The position numbers and the translations under genes were made by a program. A stretch of 64,000 nucleotides of DNA from Octopus vulgaris. Lineage: Eukaryota. The notes beneath the pieces were generated by a model. The model saw nothing but the letters and a program-made list of their open reading frames with translations, ran no database searches and was not told the origin of the DNA. Each line of letters begins with the position of its first letter. Position 1 is the first letter of the stretch. Shown here in pieces: positions 42,201-55,322 of the stretch. The stretch spans positions 46,624,001 to 46,688,000 of the forward strand of contig OX597832.1 of the NCBI GenBank assembly GCA_951406725.2, given 5' to 3'.

Positions 42201-42568
42201 ACAGAGAGAATAAAATACTTTTGAAGCTAGCGGTTAATCATGGACGCTGGCTGGACAAAGGTAGTTAAAGAGGAGAGCTAGGAAGAAGGGAAGATAATAA
42301 AATATTGCTGATCCCAAAACGAAGGTGAACTTGCGTGCGTATGCGAGAATGAGTAGGTGTGTACGTATGGATAGGGGATGGTGACTGATGTGTGAATCGA
42401 AATGCATAATTGAAACCAATTATTCCGACCTTGGAATATCAAGGTTTTGAAGAGAACCTATTTATTCGTTCACTCTTCGTTTATTTCATGTGGCTGTTGG
42501 TTAAGAAGTTTACTCTCAAAGCACATCGTTGCGATGTGGCGATCTGGGCCAGGGTTTTAAATATATAC

Positions 42569-42608
<40 letters not shown>

Positions 42609-42743
42609 CAGGCTTCTTTCAGTTTCTGTCTACCAAATTCACTCACAAGACTATAGTAGAAGACACTTGCCCAAGCTGCCATGCAGTGGGACTGAACCCG
42701 GAACCATGTGGTTCATTAGCAAGCTACTTATCACACAGCCACA

Positions 42744-42777
<34 letters not shown>

Positions 42778-42781
<4 letters not shown>

Positions 42782-42920
42782 GAAAGTTTACGAAAATAAA
42801 CAAAAGACGAAGGCAGGTGGAGTTCAAACAAACATATGTATTAGTATAGCGCTCAGGAATAAAAAAAAGTCTTTTACGTTTCGAGCCTATGCTCTTCTAC
42901 AAAAAGGAACACAGAAAAAT
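42778..42920 (-). mobile_element. Family F copy (hammerhead-like motif 42871-42906)
   Basis: cttt-TTGTAGA-a-gagc-atag-gctc-GAAACGTA-aaag; ends at (TA)n. Confidence 0.75.
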
Positions 42921-43629
42921 ATATATAGTTAAAATTGTTCAAAAACCAATACAAAAGCGGACAACAAACAAGGTGGATTAGATTGTACAAGATATAGACA
43001 TATGCATATATGCAATATATTCATATGGATATGTATGTGTTTGTGTGTGTGTATGAAGATAGAGAGAGAGAGACGGGTTTATGTGTTTGCTGTGTATATA
43101 CCGGCTTTTGTGGAATCTAATGATAATAGCTTTCTAAAGGATTATTTGATTGCTAACATTATTTGAATACGCGCATTATTTTATTAAATAGCCCTGAGAA
43201 TAACGGACCTACTTAAACACCGCACCCGTTTGCATCGTATTATTTTACGTTTTCCCCCTCTTTTCCTTCCCATTTTCTTTCTCTCTCTCTCTCTCTCCCT
43301 CTCTAGGTTATTTCGCATATTTTTCTTCCTAGAAATATACAGATTTGATTTCATTTCGACAATCCCAAAAACTTGGTATTAAGTATTACAGTTAAGCATT
43401 TGATAATTCAGTTTCCAAGAAGGTCAAATCAAACCTTTTGACGCAGAATAGTTCTTATTTATCGTTATAAATTATCTGACAGAATAACAGAATTTTCCAT
43501 TAGATAGCATGACAATAGCGAGTAAGAATTTTTATTTTCTCAGAAGATAACAGAAATTATTTCGATAGCAATGCAAATTTTACAAATGCATGAAGATTAA
43601 ATTCGAATATATATATGGATATATATATA

Positions 43630-43666
<37 letters not shown>

Positions 43667-43882
43667 GTAAAAACGTATGTATGTATGGATGGATGGATGG
43701 ATGGAGGGAGGGAGGGATACATGTACATAATCAAGCATGTATGTATGTGTGCATTTATGTAAGAATATATAATTATATACATTTGTGTGTGCGTGTTTCT
43801 AATATATATATATATATATATATCTACGCACTCATTCGCTCACTCATATATTCTTTCTCCTGTTTCAATCATTTCATTGCGA

Positions 43883-43957
<75 letters not shown>

Positions 43958-44213
43958 TTGCTTGTTCATTCACGGGTCTTTGTCTTTTCTTTTCTATAAA
44001 TTTCAACTATACACACATACACGCATACATACATATATATATATATATATACACGCACATGCATTTAAATTAAGTATTCATGCGATCAGAGAAACTTAGA
44101 ATCAATAGAAACATACATATATACATAGACACATACATACATACATACATACATACATACATACATACATACATACATACAAACATACATACATACATAC
44201 ATACATACATACA

Positions 44214-44244
<31 letters not shown>

Positions 44245-44684
44245 TAGCGTAATCTATTCGTTCTTTTAGGAAAGGAAATTGTACTTAGTTTATACGGGTT
44301 CACCACAAAGATTAATACTAAAATACATTTACTTTTGCACTTAATTCCCACGGGTTTGTTTTGCTGCCTTTGCTTCTGTTGTAATTAACTAATACAAATA
44401 TGAGGGGAAAAAAACAAATTTATTACTTTTCGATACTATAAATTTTCTTCTATTATGGTTTTTCGTATTTTAATTTTTTGTTCGTTTCATCGTAATTAAT
44501 CTGTTATTCTCGCATGTGACTGAATTACCGGTAAAAATTGAAGCTAAGAAAATAAAATATGTAAACAAATTATACTAACACTTCTGAATCATTTATTTAC
44601 CGAGAAATAATTTATATTTTTTTTACGTTTGGAAAACCAGATTGCGTGCGCGTGTATCTGTGTTAGTGTTTGTGTTTGGAAGAA

Positions 44685-44880
44685 AGGATAATGGATTGCA
44701 TTGTAAATTGTCAGAGTGGACAACAGGTCCAGAGAAAATGGAGCAGTGGAAGACCACACACAGAAGTTGGAAGGGTGAGTTACGACACCTGAATTTGGAT
44801 GAGCAAAACTACAAACAGTGGCGTGTGGAGAGACTGTATTGAGGCACTCATCCAGCAGTGGACAGAACATAAACGACGAT
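44685..44880 (+). mobile_element. Degenerate RTE-like LINE 3' end
   Basis: Frameshifted EW...K..SGRPHRSWKGEL...W...ALIQQW. Confidence 0.5.
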
Positions 44881-44946
44881 AAAGATGCTTAGGGTGTATG
44901 TCTGTGTGTGTGTGTGCGTGTGTGTGCGTGTATGCGTGTATATATA

Positions 44947-45163
44947 TACTCTTTTACTCTTTTACTTGCTCCAGTCATTTGACAGCGGCAATGCTGAAGC
45001 ACTGTCTTTAGTCGAGCAAATCGACCCCGGGACTTATTCTTTGTAAGCCCAGTACTTATTCTATCGGTCTCTTTTGCCGAACCGCTAAGTGACGGGGACG
45101 TAAACACACCAGCATCGGTTGTCAAGCAATGCTAGGGGGACAAACACAGACACACAAACATAT

Positions 45164-45230
<67 letters not shown>

Positions 45231-45350
45231 CATATACATATATACGACGGGCTTCTTTCAGTTTCCGCCTACCAAATCCACTCACAAGGCATTGGTCGGG
45301 CCGAGGCTATAGCAGAAGACACTTGCCCAAGGTGCCATGCAGTGGGACTG
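44947..45350 (-). mobile_element. SINE-A, 5'-truncated
   Basis: Match to family. Confidence 0.92.
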
Positions 45351-45499
45351 ATATATATATACATACATTACATACATATATTCACACATAATGTAATAGC
45401 CACATCGACAGAAGATGACAGAGCGTCCTATAACACTATACTTGTTCCACGTCCTCGCGTTGTTGTGTTTTCTCTTTGTGCTTTCATGTTTGGATTAAC

Positions 45500-45555
<56 letters not shown>

Positions 45556-45783
45556 GCACAGACATGTCATAACCTTCCGCGTCGTTTCTGAAAGATGTTT
45601 TTTATACTTACTACGGATTACCTGAGGCGAACTTTCTTCCTACACCTCCATCTATGGGCCTTATATTTATACATACATATATGTATCCAACCATGCAAAA
45701 CATTGTGATGAGGAAAACAAACAAAGGGTAAGAGGAAAATATTAGATTTATGAGCCCTAAAAATTCACTCCATAATTGCCTAC

Positions 45784-46015
45784 GGGCATATGGCGTAGTG
45801 GTTAAGGGCGAGGGCTAAGAACCCCAATATTCCGATTTCCATTCCGGGCAGTGACCTGAATAGTGATGATAATAACATCGAAAAATACCGTAGAAATGAG
45901 AGCCCAGGTTCGAAATTTCCCGAAGACACCTGATGAAAGCTGGAGGATACATCAGCCGAAGCGTTGTGTTAACAACAATCAAGATGAGGGCAAATATCCG
46001 TCAAATGTAAAAAAA
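45784..46015 (+). mobile_element. tRNA-headed SINE-like element E with 3' hammerhead motif
   Basis: A box tggcgtagtgg (45791-45801), degenerate B box gatttccattcc, hammerhead motif, A-rich end. Confidence 0.65.
45925..45970 (+). ncRNA. Hammerhead motif, GAAA changed to GAAG in this copy
   Basis: gacac-CTGATGA-aa-gctg-gaggatacat-cagc-c-GAAG-cg-TT-gtgtt; stem I gacac/gtgtt. Confidence 0.6.
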
Positions 46016-46510
46016 ATAAAACAAAGGGTAACAGAAAAAAATTCCGAATTGTTCATAAACCCTCAACATTCTTTTTATATAACATAAATATTCAGCACAT
46101 TATACACTCTGATTTAACCAATTAAGCATCTAAGTATTAAATACATTTTAAAAAGCTTGAATAATATGAAAGTATAGCGCAAAAACCGCTGAAACGAATT
46201 TTTATGTGTTTCTGTTAAAATATGACATGGTTATGGTTCTGTACACTTCCTTTATTGGTCATTAACATTACTTGGCGTGTCTATACAATCACAAACAAAA
46301 CTCAAAATGTGTTTACAGATATCCGGTCTTGTTTCCCGTTTTTGTCAGGAAACTGATAAAATATCAACTAGTGATTTGACTAAATGTTATTACACTGACA
46401 ATACATATTCGTGAATATTTCAGCGTTTAAATGCAACATGTAGTAAAATACGAATTCATCTCTTCAACTTACCGTTCTTTTCACCCTCTCTATCACTCAT
46501 TATATAAATA

Positions 46511-46552
<42 letters not shown>

Positions 46553-46560
46553 GTGTGTGT

Positions 46561-46780
46561 GTGTGTGTGAATATATTTATATATATATATATAATATACA
46601 CACACATATTTGTATGTGTACACACATATATAATATAAACACATATTTGTATGTGTGTGTGTATATATATATATATACACACACACATACAAATATGTGT
46701 GTATATTATATATATGTGTGTCCACATACATGTGTGTGTATATTATATATATATATATATATAAATATATTCACACACAC
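46561..46780. repeat. About 220-bp near-perfect palindrome of low-complexity DNA centred on (TA)n
   Basis: gtgtgtgtgaatatattt...catatttgtatgtgtg mirrored by cacacatacaaatatg...aaatatattcacacacac. Confidence 0.85.
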
Positions 46781-47005
46781 ATATATATATCATATATGCG
46801 TGTTTATATATTCACATATATATGTGTATATACATATAAGTATGTGTATATATAAGCATTTTATATATTTATATATATACATATATATGTGTGTGTATAC
46901 ACAAATGCATACATATATACAAATATATATTAATAAACTCACACATAAATGTGCGTGCATTCTCTACACGTAGGTATATGTTTGTGTGTGTGTATGTATG
47001 TATAC

Positions 47006-47040
<35 letters not shown>

Positions 47041-47552
47041 TGTACGTATATATATGTATAGTATATATAATATATGCGTGCATATTATGGATATATGTGT
47101 GAGAATACGTGTGTGTGTGTGTGAGTGAGTGTGTATAGGTAGGTAGGTAGGAACATATGTATATATATCTCAAGTACGTACCATATGCACCATTTTACAT
47201 ACTAGGAGATACATTTCCTCTGAATATTAGAAGTAATATATAGAAACTTCCGCTGTAAAAGCATCTTACCATGGAAGGAAACTCCATCAAGGTCCCCGAC
47301 TGTGATGACATCTTTTGGAATTTACAAATTTCATAGGCTGATCTCAATTCGAGACTTTGCTAACGTCTGTAAACATTTAACGCCGTACAGTATTTCCTGT
47401 GACAGCTTATGGCCTTAAGTATAAAGTAATATACGTGAAAGGTTTGTTATGAAGAGCATTTTACTTGTCAGTTTATGCGCTTACGTATGGGAGATGTACG
47501 CCAATGTATGTATCTTTCTGTCTGTCAATCAGTCAAGGTAAATGTGTGCGAC

Positions 47553-47683
<131 letters not shown>

Positions 47684-47737
47684 AATATATATATATATTT
47701 ACATATACACATATATATATATGTGTGTGTGTGTAAG

Positions 47738-47811
<74 letters not shown>

Positions 47812-48022
47812 CGTATACATATGTGTGTATGTATTTGTATATATGTGTACACATAATGCATATATGTATAAGTTTATATGCACATGCAATTACCTAGGTA
47901 TATCCATATATACATACATATATACATATAAATAAATAAATAAATATATATATATATATGTATGTATGTATATTGTTGTATCAAGCCCTAACATGTTTAT
48001 CTGCATCACTATATATATCTCT

Positions 48023-48062
<40 letters not shown>

Positions 48063-48074
48063 CATGTATATGTT

Positions 48075-48106
<32 letters not shown>

Positions 48107-48131
48107 TATATACATATATATATGCATGCCA

Positions 48132-48187
<56 letters not shown>

Positions 48188-48469
48188 ATACATTTTTAAC
48201 CATTACTGTTTTCAATTTTGTTTTCGTTTCTTGTATTTATATTCGCTTCTGTTGCGTTTACATTCTTTCCTACTACCAAGAAATCTAATGTCCACAGCTT
48301 AGTTTTTTCCTTGGGGCTGGCCGAGTTGGAGCAAATATCAGAACTAAACAGCCGAAAGTTGCCATGATGTTTCGGTTTCTGACTGAAGATTGAAGGCTTC
48401 GAATGATTTGTCTGTTTTCCGCGTTCGTCCCTTCGTGCATTTCACGTTCTTTATATGTAAATTTTTATT

Positions 48470-48564
<95 letters not shown>

Positions 48565-49437
48565 GTGTGTGTGTGTGTGTGGATTACATCATGATTGCTT
48601 AAGTATTTTGTAATTTTCGTTATGTAGGCAATTCGATGATGCTGGAATCATATTTCTAGAGATATATTTTTTCCTTTTATATTATGTTATTATTTTAATG
48701 AAGAAATACATTCAAAAGTAGGATTAGCTGTACCATTCCTATACACATGAATAATTAGCACCGTTTCATGGAAATCGCGTGCATTAACGCATCTTGTTGT
48801 CTAAGAATTTTCATATCCATACACATATATATATATACATACATACATACATACATACATACATACAAACGTAGACACATACTCTAACATATAAGCATGT
48901 ATATTATTATTATCAGGATTTTTATTATTATTATAGGATAGGAATTCAAGTTGACTACTTCTGTCTCAATATCTATATATATGTATGGATGAACGGATGG
49001 ATGTATAAACATACATATGCGTGCTCACGTGTGTGTATTTGTGTGTGTGTTGTTGTGTGTGTTTGTTCAAAAATACCTATATTCATACACTGGAAGTTAC
49101 AGACGTATTTCAATGCGCAATGTGCTTACAAATTACTAATGAATTTCATAAAAATATGAAATGCGTTTTCAATGTCCCAAATTATATACACGATAAGAAT
49201 AGAAACCACGTTGCCTACATTTGATCATACACATCATGCTGCATTACTTAGAAGTATTTGTAAGGTCATGACGTTCCTCCCTACCGGCCCAGTTACTAAC
49301 GTCAGGCGATTCATAAGTTATTCACTAGCTGGTAATTTGCTGCATTCAAAATTCCGACAACTCGTTTCATGATTTCTCGTTCCATCAGGCCTGCACTATT
49401 CCGCGGGGTCAGTATATATGCAAATATATATATATAC

Positions 49438-49659
49438 CGGGAAAGTTTACGAAAATAAACAAAAGACGAAGGCAGGTGGAATACAAACAAACAAATGTAT
49501 TAGTATAGCGCTCAGGAATAGAAATAGAAAAAGTACTTTACGTTTCGAGCGTAAGCTCTTCGACAGAAAGATACACAGAAAAAAAAAACAAGGAGAGAAA
49601 CAAGGAGAGAAAAAAAGGAGAGAAAAAAATGCGTGTAGGAGCTAACGATCTATCATGGC
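49438..49659 (-). mobile_element. Family F copy (hammerhead-like motif 49536-49570)
   Basis: cttt-CTGTCGA-a-gagc-ttac-gctc-GAAACGTA-aag; ends at (TA)n. Confidence 0.78.
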
Positions 49660-50225
49660 GGGTTGTTCGGAAAATTCATGCCAGTTTTCAAGGAAAGAAA
49701 ATATTCAATAAATACTTGCCATTACATTTTCAATCAACCAAATATAAACCATTTTGTTTCACAAAGCATCACCATCTTTCCTTAAACTTGAAAATACCCT
49801 CTTCCCAGAATTGAGGTGGTTTAATGGCAAAGAATTCATCAAGGTATCTTTTTACGTCATCGAAGTAATTGAAATTTTTACCATTAAGACTATATCTGCA
49901 TAGACCTGAATAAGTGGAAATCCGAAGAAGCAGTATCTGGTGAATATGGAGGGTATGATAACACATCCCAGCCGAGCTGCAGCAATTTTTGCCTGGTTCC
50001 CAAAGCAACAAGTGCCGTAAATGAACTTTCTTATCTGCCATTTTAAAGTGCTACAGAATTAACATAGGTTATAGGAACATAAATCTTCTTCCACGAAAAG
50101 ATAGCTTAAACTGTGTTCTAAATAGAAGTGTAATCAAATCCTATTTTGTGGACTCAACCATGTTCTAAAATAAGTCGAAATGTAAGCTACTGTAAATCGG
50201 CACGAACTTTCTGGACAACCCAATA
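49660..50225 (-). mobile_element. Non-autonomous mariner derivative with both TIRs
   Basis: gggttgttcggaaaattcatgcc and ggcacgaactttctggacaacccaa+TA; YSPD...DFHLFRSM...SLNGKNF...FFA.KP..FW..GI...ERW. Confidence 0.92.
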
Positions 50226-50337
<112 letters not shown>

Positions 50338-50631
50338 TGTATGTATGTATGTATGTATGTATGTGTGTATGTATGTATGTATGACAGCACAGACCTTCTA
50401 TATAGATTCAAGTTGCTACTACGATGAAGACTTAAAAGTGCGTTTAATACTAAGCCTAATTTTGTTTCACACACAACCAATACGTAAATACACCATTTTT
50501 ATGGTCTGTGTATGCATACACACGTACTCGCCTACGTATGCTTTCTCATACACGTTGACGCCCACAATAAAGAAATACGTAAGATTGCTTTCATATCTAT
50601 GGTTATAGGATTTGAAATATTAATATATATA

Positions 50632-50681
<50 letters not shown>

Positions 50682-51125
50682 AATATATATAAATATATGT
50701 ATGTGTGTGGAGTGTGAATGTATTTGTATGTGTAACATATATATATATATATGTATGTATGCATGTATGGTTGTATCTATCTATCTATTTATGTATACAT
50801 ATATGTGTGTATCTAACTATGTATTTATTTATGTATGGATCTTTTCAAACCTGATCTCGAAACACACATAAAGCTATAAATTCTAACAGACAACATACAA
50901 ATATTGGGTTGAAAACAACTTTTGTATAGAAACATTCAAACAACCGTTCACATTTTCTATCCAAAAGTGTTTTTCCACCCAAAAATTAAAAGAAAAAAGA
51001 ATAAACGTAAAAGAATCTTTAAGCATTCTTCCGTGCTCTTTCCATTTTTACTTTCTAGCTATACATATATAGCCATGTAAAGACGCATATTTTTCTATCT
51101 TTTTCCTCTTTTTCCTCTTTGGCTC

Positions 51126-51158
51126 TATCTGACGAAGATCCAAGTTCGAAACGTCACA
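51126..51158 (+). ncRNA. Minimal hammerhead motif, weak stems
   Basis: tat-CTGACGA-a-ga-tccaagt-tc-GAAA-cg-TC-aca. Confidence 0.5.
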
Positions 51159-51881
51159 CATTACGTCTACATTAAATTTTCTATGATAGTAAGTCTAATA
51201 TATTCAAATCCTCGCTTTCCACATAGCTCCCAGTAGATTACTCTCTCTAGATTGACATATCTTTTCTGTGCCAGCATGTTATAGACACTTAACATGTGAG
51301 AAACGCTTCCCATTATTGATTTTCATAATCTTCATGCGGAATCAACTTGATTTTTGTCTATTTTGTCTTTTATCCAATTAGTCCTTAATGTTTGATCTTG
51401 TGCAGCTACTAAAAAACTTTCTTTCTCCCTCTACAGCTTTCCTTTCAGTAACGATAACCATGTTCTGTAAGTCTAATATATTTCATTGTGTATGTCCTTT
51501 CGACTTCGTTTTCCTTTCCTGTTTTCTTTATGAATTTGATTTGCTGATATACATACATTTATACAAACATGCATACTTTCATACTCACATACATATACAT
51601 CCATACATTCATACACCTCCACACACATATAGAGTATATTGTATCTTATCTAACCAACTGTTTCTTGTTTGGCAAAGTGTAACTAAGTTTTCAATATATA
51701 ACACCGTTGTGTAACTTAATACGAATGGAGCTAGGGGAACCTAGGACGCGGAATTCTTGGAAAAGTTAAGCAGAAGACAGGTCTTGCATTATCATATCGA
51801 CAGATATATGTAGCACACGGTCATACTCACAACCATTCCCATCAACCCCTTTTCCATTCTAGCCACCCTTTTATCCACCCT

Positions 51882-51918
<37 letters not shown>

Positions 51919-51919
51919 A

Positions 51920-52056
<137 letters not shown>

Positions 52057-52171
52057 CATAGAAGTAAATATATGGTACAACGAAGTACCGATATTTACTG
52101 GAAAATAGCGAACGTAATAAATACGACGCTAATGTATAGCTTCACTGGAAAGCAATACTCTCGTATTGCAT

Positions 52172-52219
<48 letters not shown>

Positions 52220-52650
52220 TATGAGTATATTTATAATTAGGGTTCAACAAAAAATTTGCTTCACCACATACCGAACTTCAGAAATAGCAGCCAAAGAACC
52301 TAGCTATTTCTTCTAGTATAAGAAGAAACTCCCAGACAACATATACCTAAAAAATAATTCATGTAGGCAAAGGAAAAGTAACGAAAATTCACTGGGCATT
52401 TCATTATATATTATATATATATATTTCTTACGAACTGTATAGATTGCTTAGAAGTGCTCAAGTCGAACTCGAGGTATTAGAGACGTAGCAAAAATAACAG
52501 GAAAAAAATTCAGATTAAGCAAACCAGCAATACCACGTATATTTTATCTTGATTAATTTTATCTTGATCAAATACGAACATATATGAGTTGATGGTGGTT
52601 TGGCTATTCTGAACTCTTTCCTTTTGTTTTTCATACCTATATATATATAT

Positions 52651-52814
52651 AGGCGCAGGAGTGGCTGTGTGGTAAGTAGCTTGCTAACCAACCACATGGT
52701 TCTGGGTTCAATCCCACTGAGTGGCATCTTGGGCAAGTGTCTTCTGCTATAGCCCCGGGCCGACCAATGCCTTGTGAGTGGATTTGGTAGACGGAAACTG
52801 AAAGAAGCCTGTCG

Positions 52815-52857
<43 letters not shown>

Positions 52858-53070
52858 TTGTGTGTCTATGTCCTCCTAGCATTGCTTGACAACCGATGCT
52901 GGTGTGTGTTTACGTCCCCGTCACTTAGCGGTTCGGCAAAAGAGACCGATAGAATAAGTACTGGGCTTACAAAGAATAAGTCCCGGGGTCGATTTGCTCG
53001 ACTAAAGGCGGTGCTCCAGCATGGCCGCAGTCAAATGACTGAAACAAGTAAAAGAGTAAAAGAGTAAAGA

Positions 53071-53072
<2 letters not shown>
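52651..53072 (+). mobile_element. SINE-A full length
   Basis: Near-identical to 18362-18765. Confidence 0.95.
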
Positions 53073-53116
<44 letters not shown>

Positions 53117-53284
53117 ATGTGTGTGTGTGTGTGTGTGTGTATAAAAGAAAGAAGTGAAGCAAACAGATAACCATTAACTCGTGTAGACAAGAAAAATCCA
53201 TCATCGACAACTACAGCTACGACATCAACATCAATAACATCAACCCCTCAGTACTCAACTAGTACTGATATAATAATGACAATC

Positions 53285-53500
53285 ATGGTTTCAAATATTA
53301 CAACAAGAGAAGCAGTTTTGGGGTAGGGTATGAGTCGATCATATCGACCCTAGTGTTCAATGTGTACTTAATTTATCGATCCCGAAAAGGTGAAAGGCAT
53401 AGTCGCCTTCGGTGGAGTTTGAACTCAGAATGTAGAGACGCGCGAAATACCGTTAAGCATTTCGTCCATCGCGCCAACAATTCTGCCAGATCACCGCCTT
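53285..53500 (-). mobile_element. Old SINE-B followed by (AAT)n at 53501-53815
   Basis: Core and head match. Confidence 0.8.
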
Positions 53501-53555
53501 TATAATAATAATAATAATAATAATAATAGTAATGATAATAGTAATAATAATAATA

Positions 53556-53586
<31 letters not shown>

Positions 53587-53627
53587 TGATGATGATGATG
53601 ATGATGATGATGATAATGATGATGATG

Positions 53628-53816
<189 letters not shown>

Positions 53817-54214
53817 TCTACAATTTCTTCTGTCAGTATTCAAAATTTCTTTCTCTGTGATAATTCGCTTATATATAAATATCTCTTTAATCGCAAAAAC
53901 ACTCTTAAACTCCTCCGGCTATCTAACTTCAGCAAATTTACGATAAGAGAATCTTTATGAGTTCGTAATCCCTTAATTTCTTCGAGTTTCTTAAACAAGC
54001 AAACATTTCTCTTTTGTATCAAGTAAAAAAATCCGAAAGTCAGAGTAGTTTCCAGAACTGATAACAAGCGCAGAAGATAAGTAACTCTCATATTTGCAAA
54101 TCACAAACTCAAAAAAACCTGTAAAGCGCAGCAAGGCTTCATTTAATATTGTAAAAAAGGAAAATGAATCAGCAATGCATGTATATTTTCCCCTTTCAAT
54201 CTGGAATTGAAACA

Positions 54215-54465
54215 GAACAACGTATGTCGATTCTCTTCGAGGACTGCCATTGCTCCTATTGACTGTGGTGGTAGTAAATACATATGTTGACTTTCACTGA
54301 CCGCATGGGTGCGCGACCACTCCCTTGTTGGACCTCGGTCAGCATCTGCTGAACTTGTTGTACCATGTGCCTGGTGTACTCTTATCAGACGGGTAGTCAT
54401 GATGGGTATACTGGGCTTCGTATATTTTACACCAGTGTCAATTTGATGACATGTACTGCTCACTC

Positions 54466-54500
<35 letters not shown>
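54215..54500 (+). mobile_element. Probable non-LTR retroelement 3' end with (AAT)n tail
   Basis: GC-richer segment ending ...tgctcactc(aat)n; clade not resolved. Confidence 0.45.
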
Positions 54501-54501
<1 letters not shown>

Positions 54502-54719
54502 TTCTACTCAAGGCAAAAGGCCTGAAATTTGGGGGCAGAAAATTAGTCGCTAACATCGCCCACAGTGTTTCACTAGTATTTAATTTTTCGACCGCCGCCC
54601 CGCAAGAGAATGAAAGGCAAAGTCGACCTCAGCGGAATTTGAACTGAGAACATAGCGGTAGACGAAATACCGCTAAGCATTTTGCCCGGCGTTCTAACGA
54701 TTCTGCCAGCTCGACACCT

Positions 54720-54720
<1 letters not shown>
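54501..54720 (-). mobile_element. SINE-B copy, uninterrupted paralog of 55321-55492
   Basis: Shares private variants aattagtcgctaacatcg...cactagtatttaatttttcgacc. Confidence 0.85.
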
Positions 54721-54799
<79 letters not shown>

Positions 54800-54802
<3 letters not shown>

Positions 54803-55243
54803 TACACACATATAGAGAAATTAAGGCCAACAGACCAGATATAGTTGTCAGAGATCATGAAGAAAAAAAATGCTTTCTAATTGATGTATCAATACCGGCA
54901 GATGACAACGTGTCTCTAAAAGAAATGGAGAAACTCTCAAAATACAAAGACCTGGAAATAGAGGTAACTAGAATGTGGAATCTGAAAACAGAAATAATTC
55001 CTATCATAGTAGGTGCATTAGGCATGATAAAAAAATATTCAGACACATACATAACAAAAACACCAGGACTTACAAACACATATAACATACAGAAAATTGC
55101 ACTACTAGGCACTGCACACATCCTACGCAGAACACTTTCCATACAATAACCATCAGAGCATCACAACAAATCACAGCACATACCCAAGGCACACAGAGCT
55201 GCACTCGGTAGTGAAGTGAAAGCACGCTATAAAAATAAAACTA

Positions 55244-55246
<3 letters not shown>
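54800..55246 (+). mobile_element. R4/Dong-type LINE 3' end (restriction-like endonuclease) inside (TAA)n
   Basis: ANRPDIVV...LIDVSIP.D...KE.EKLSKYKDL.IEV.RMW...PIIVGALG...QKIALLGTAHILRRTL, stop at 55149; (TAA)n on both sides. Confidence 0.93.

Positions 55247-55320
<74 letters not shown>

Positions 55321-55322
<2 letters not shown>

Noticed and set aside
48383-48415. CTGAAGA...GAA...GTC motif
   Set aside because: No GAAA and stems inconsistent with a hammerhead.
52295-52340. Hammerhead-like hairpin on the minus strand (GAAA-tagcta)
   Set aside because: Core reads CTGGGAG, no UH site and no stem I; too decayed to call.
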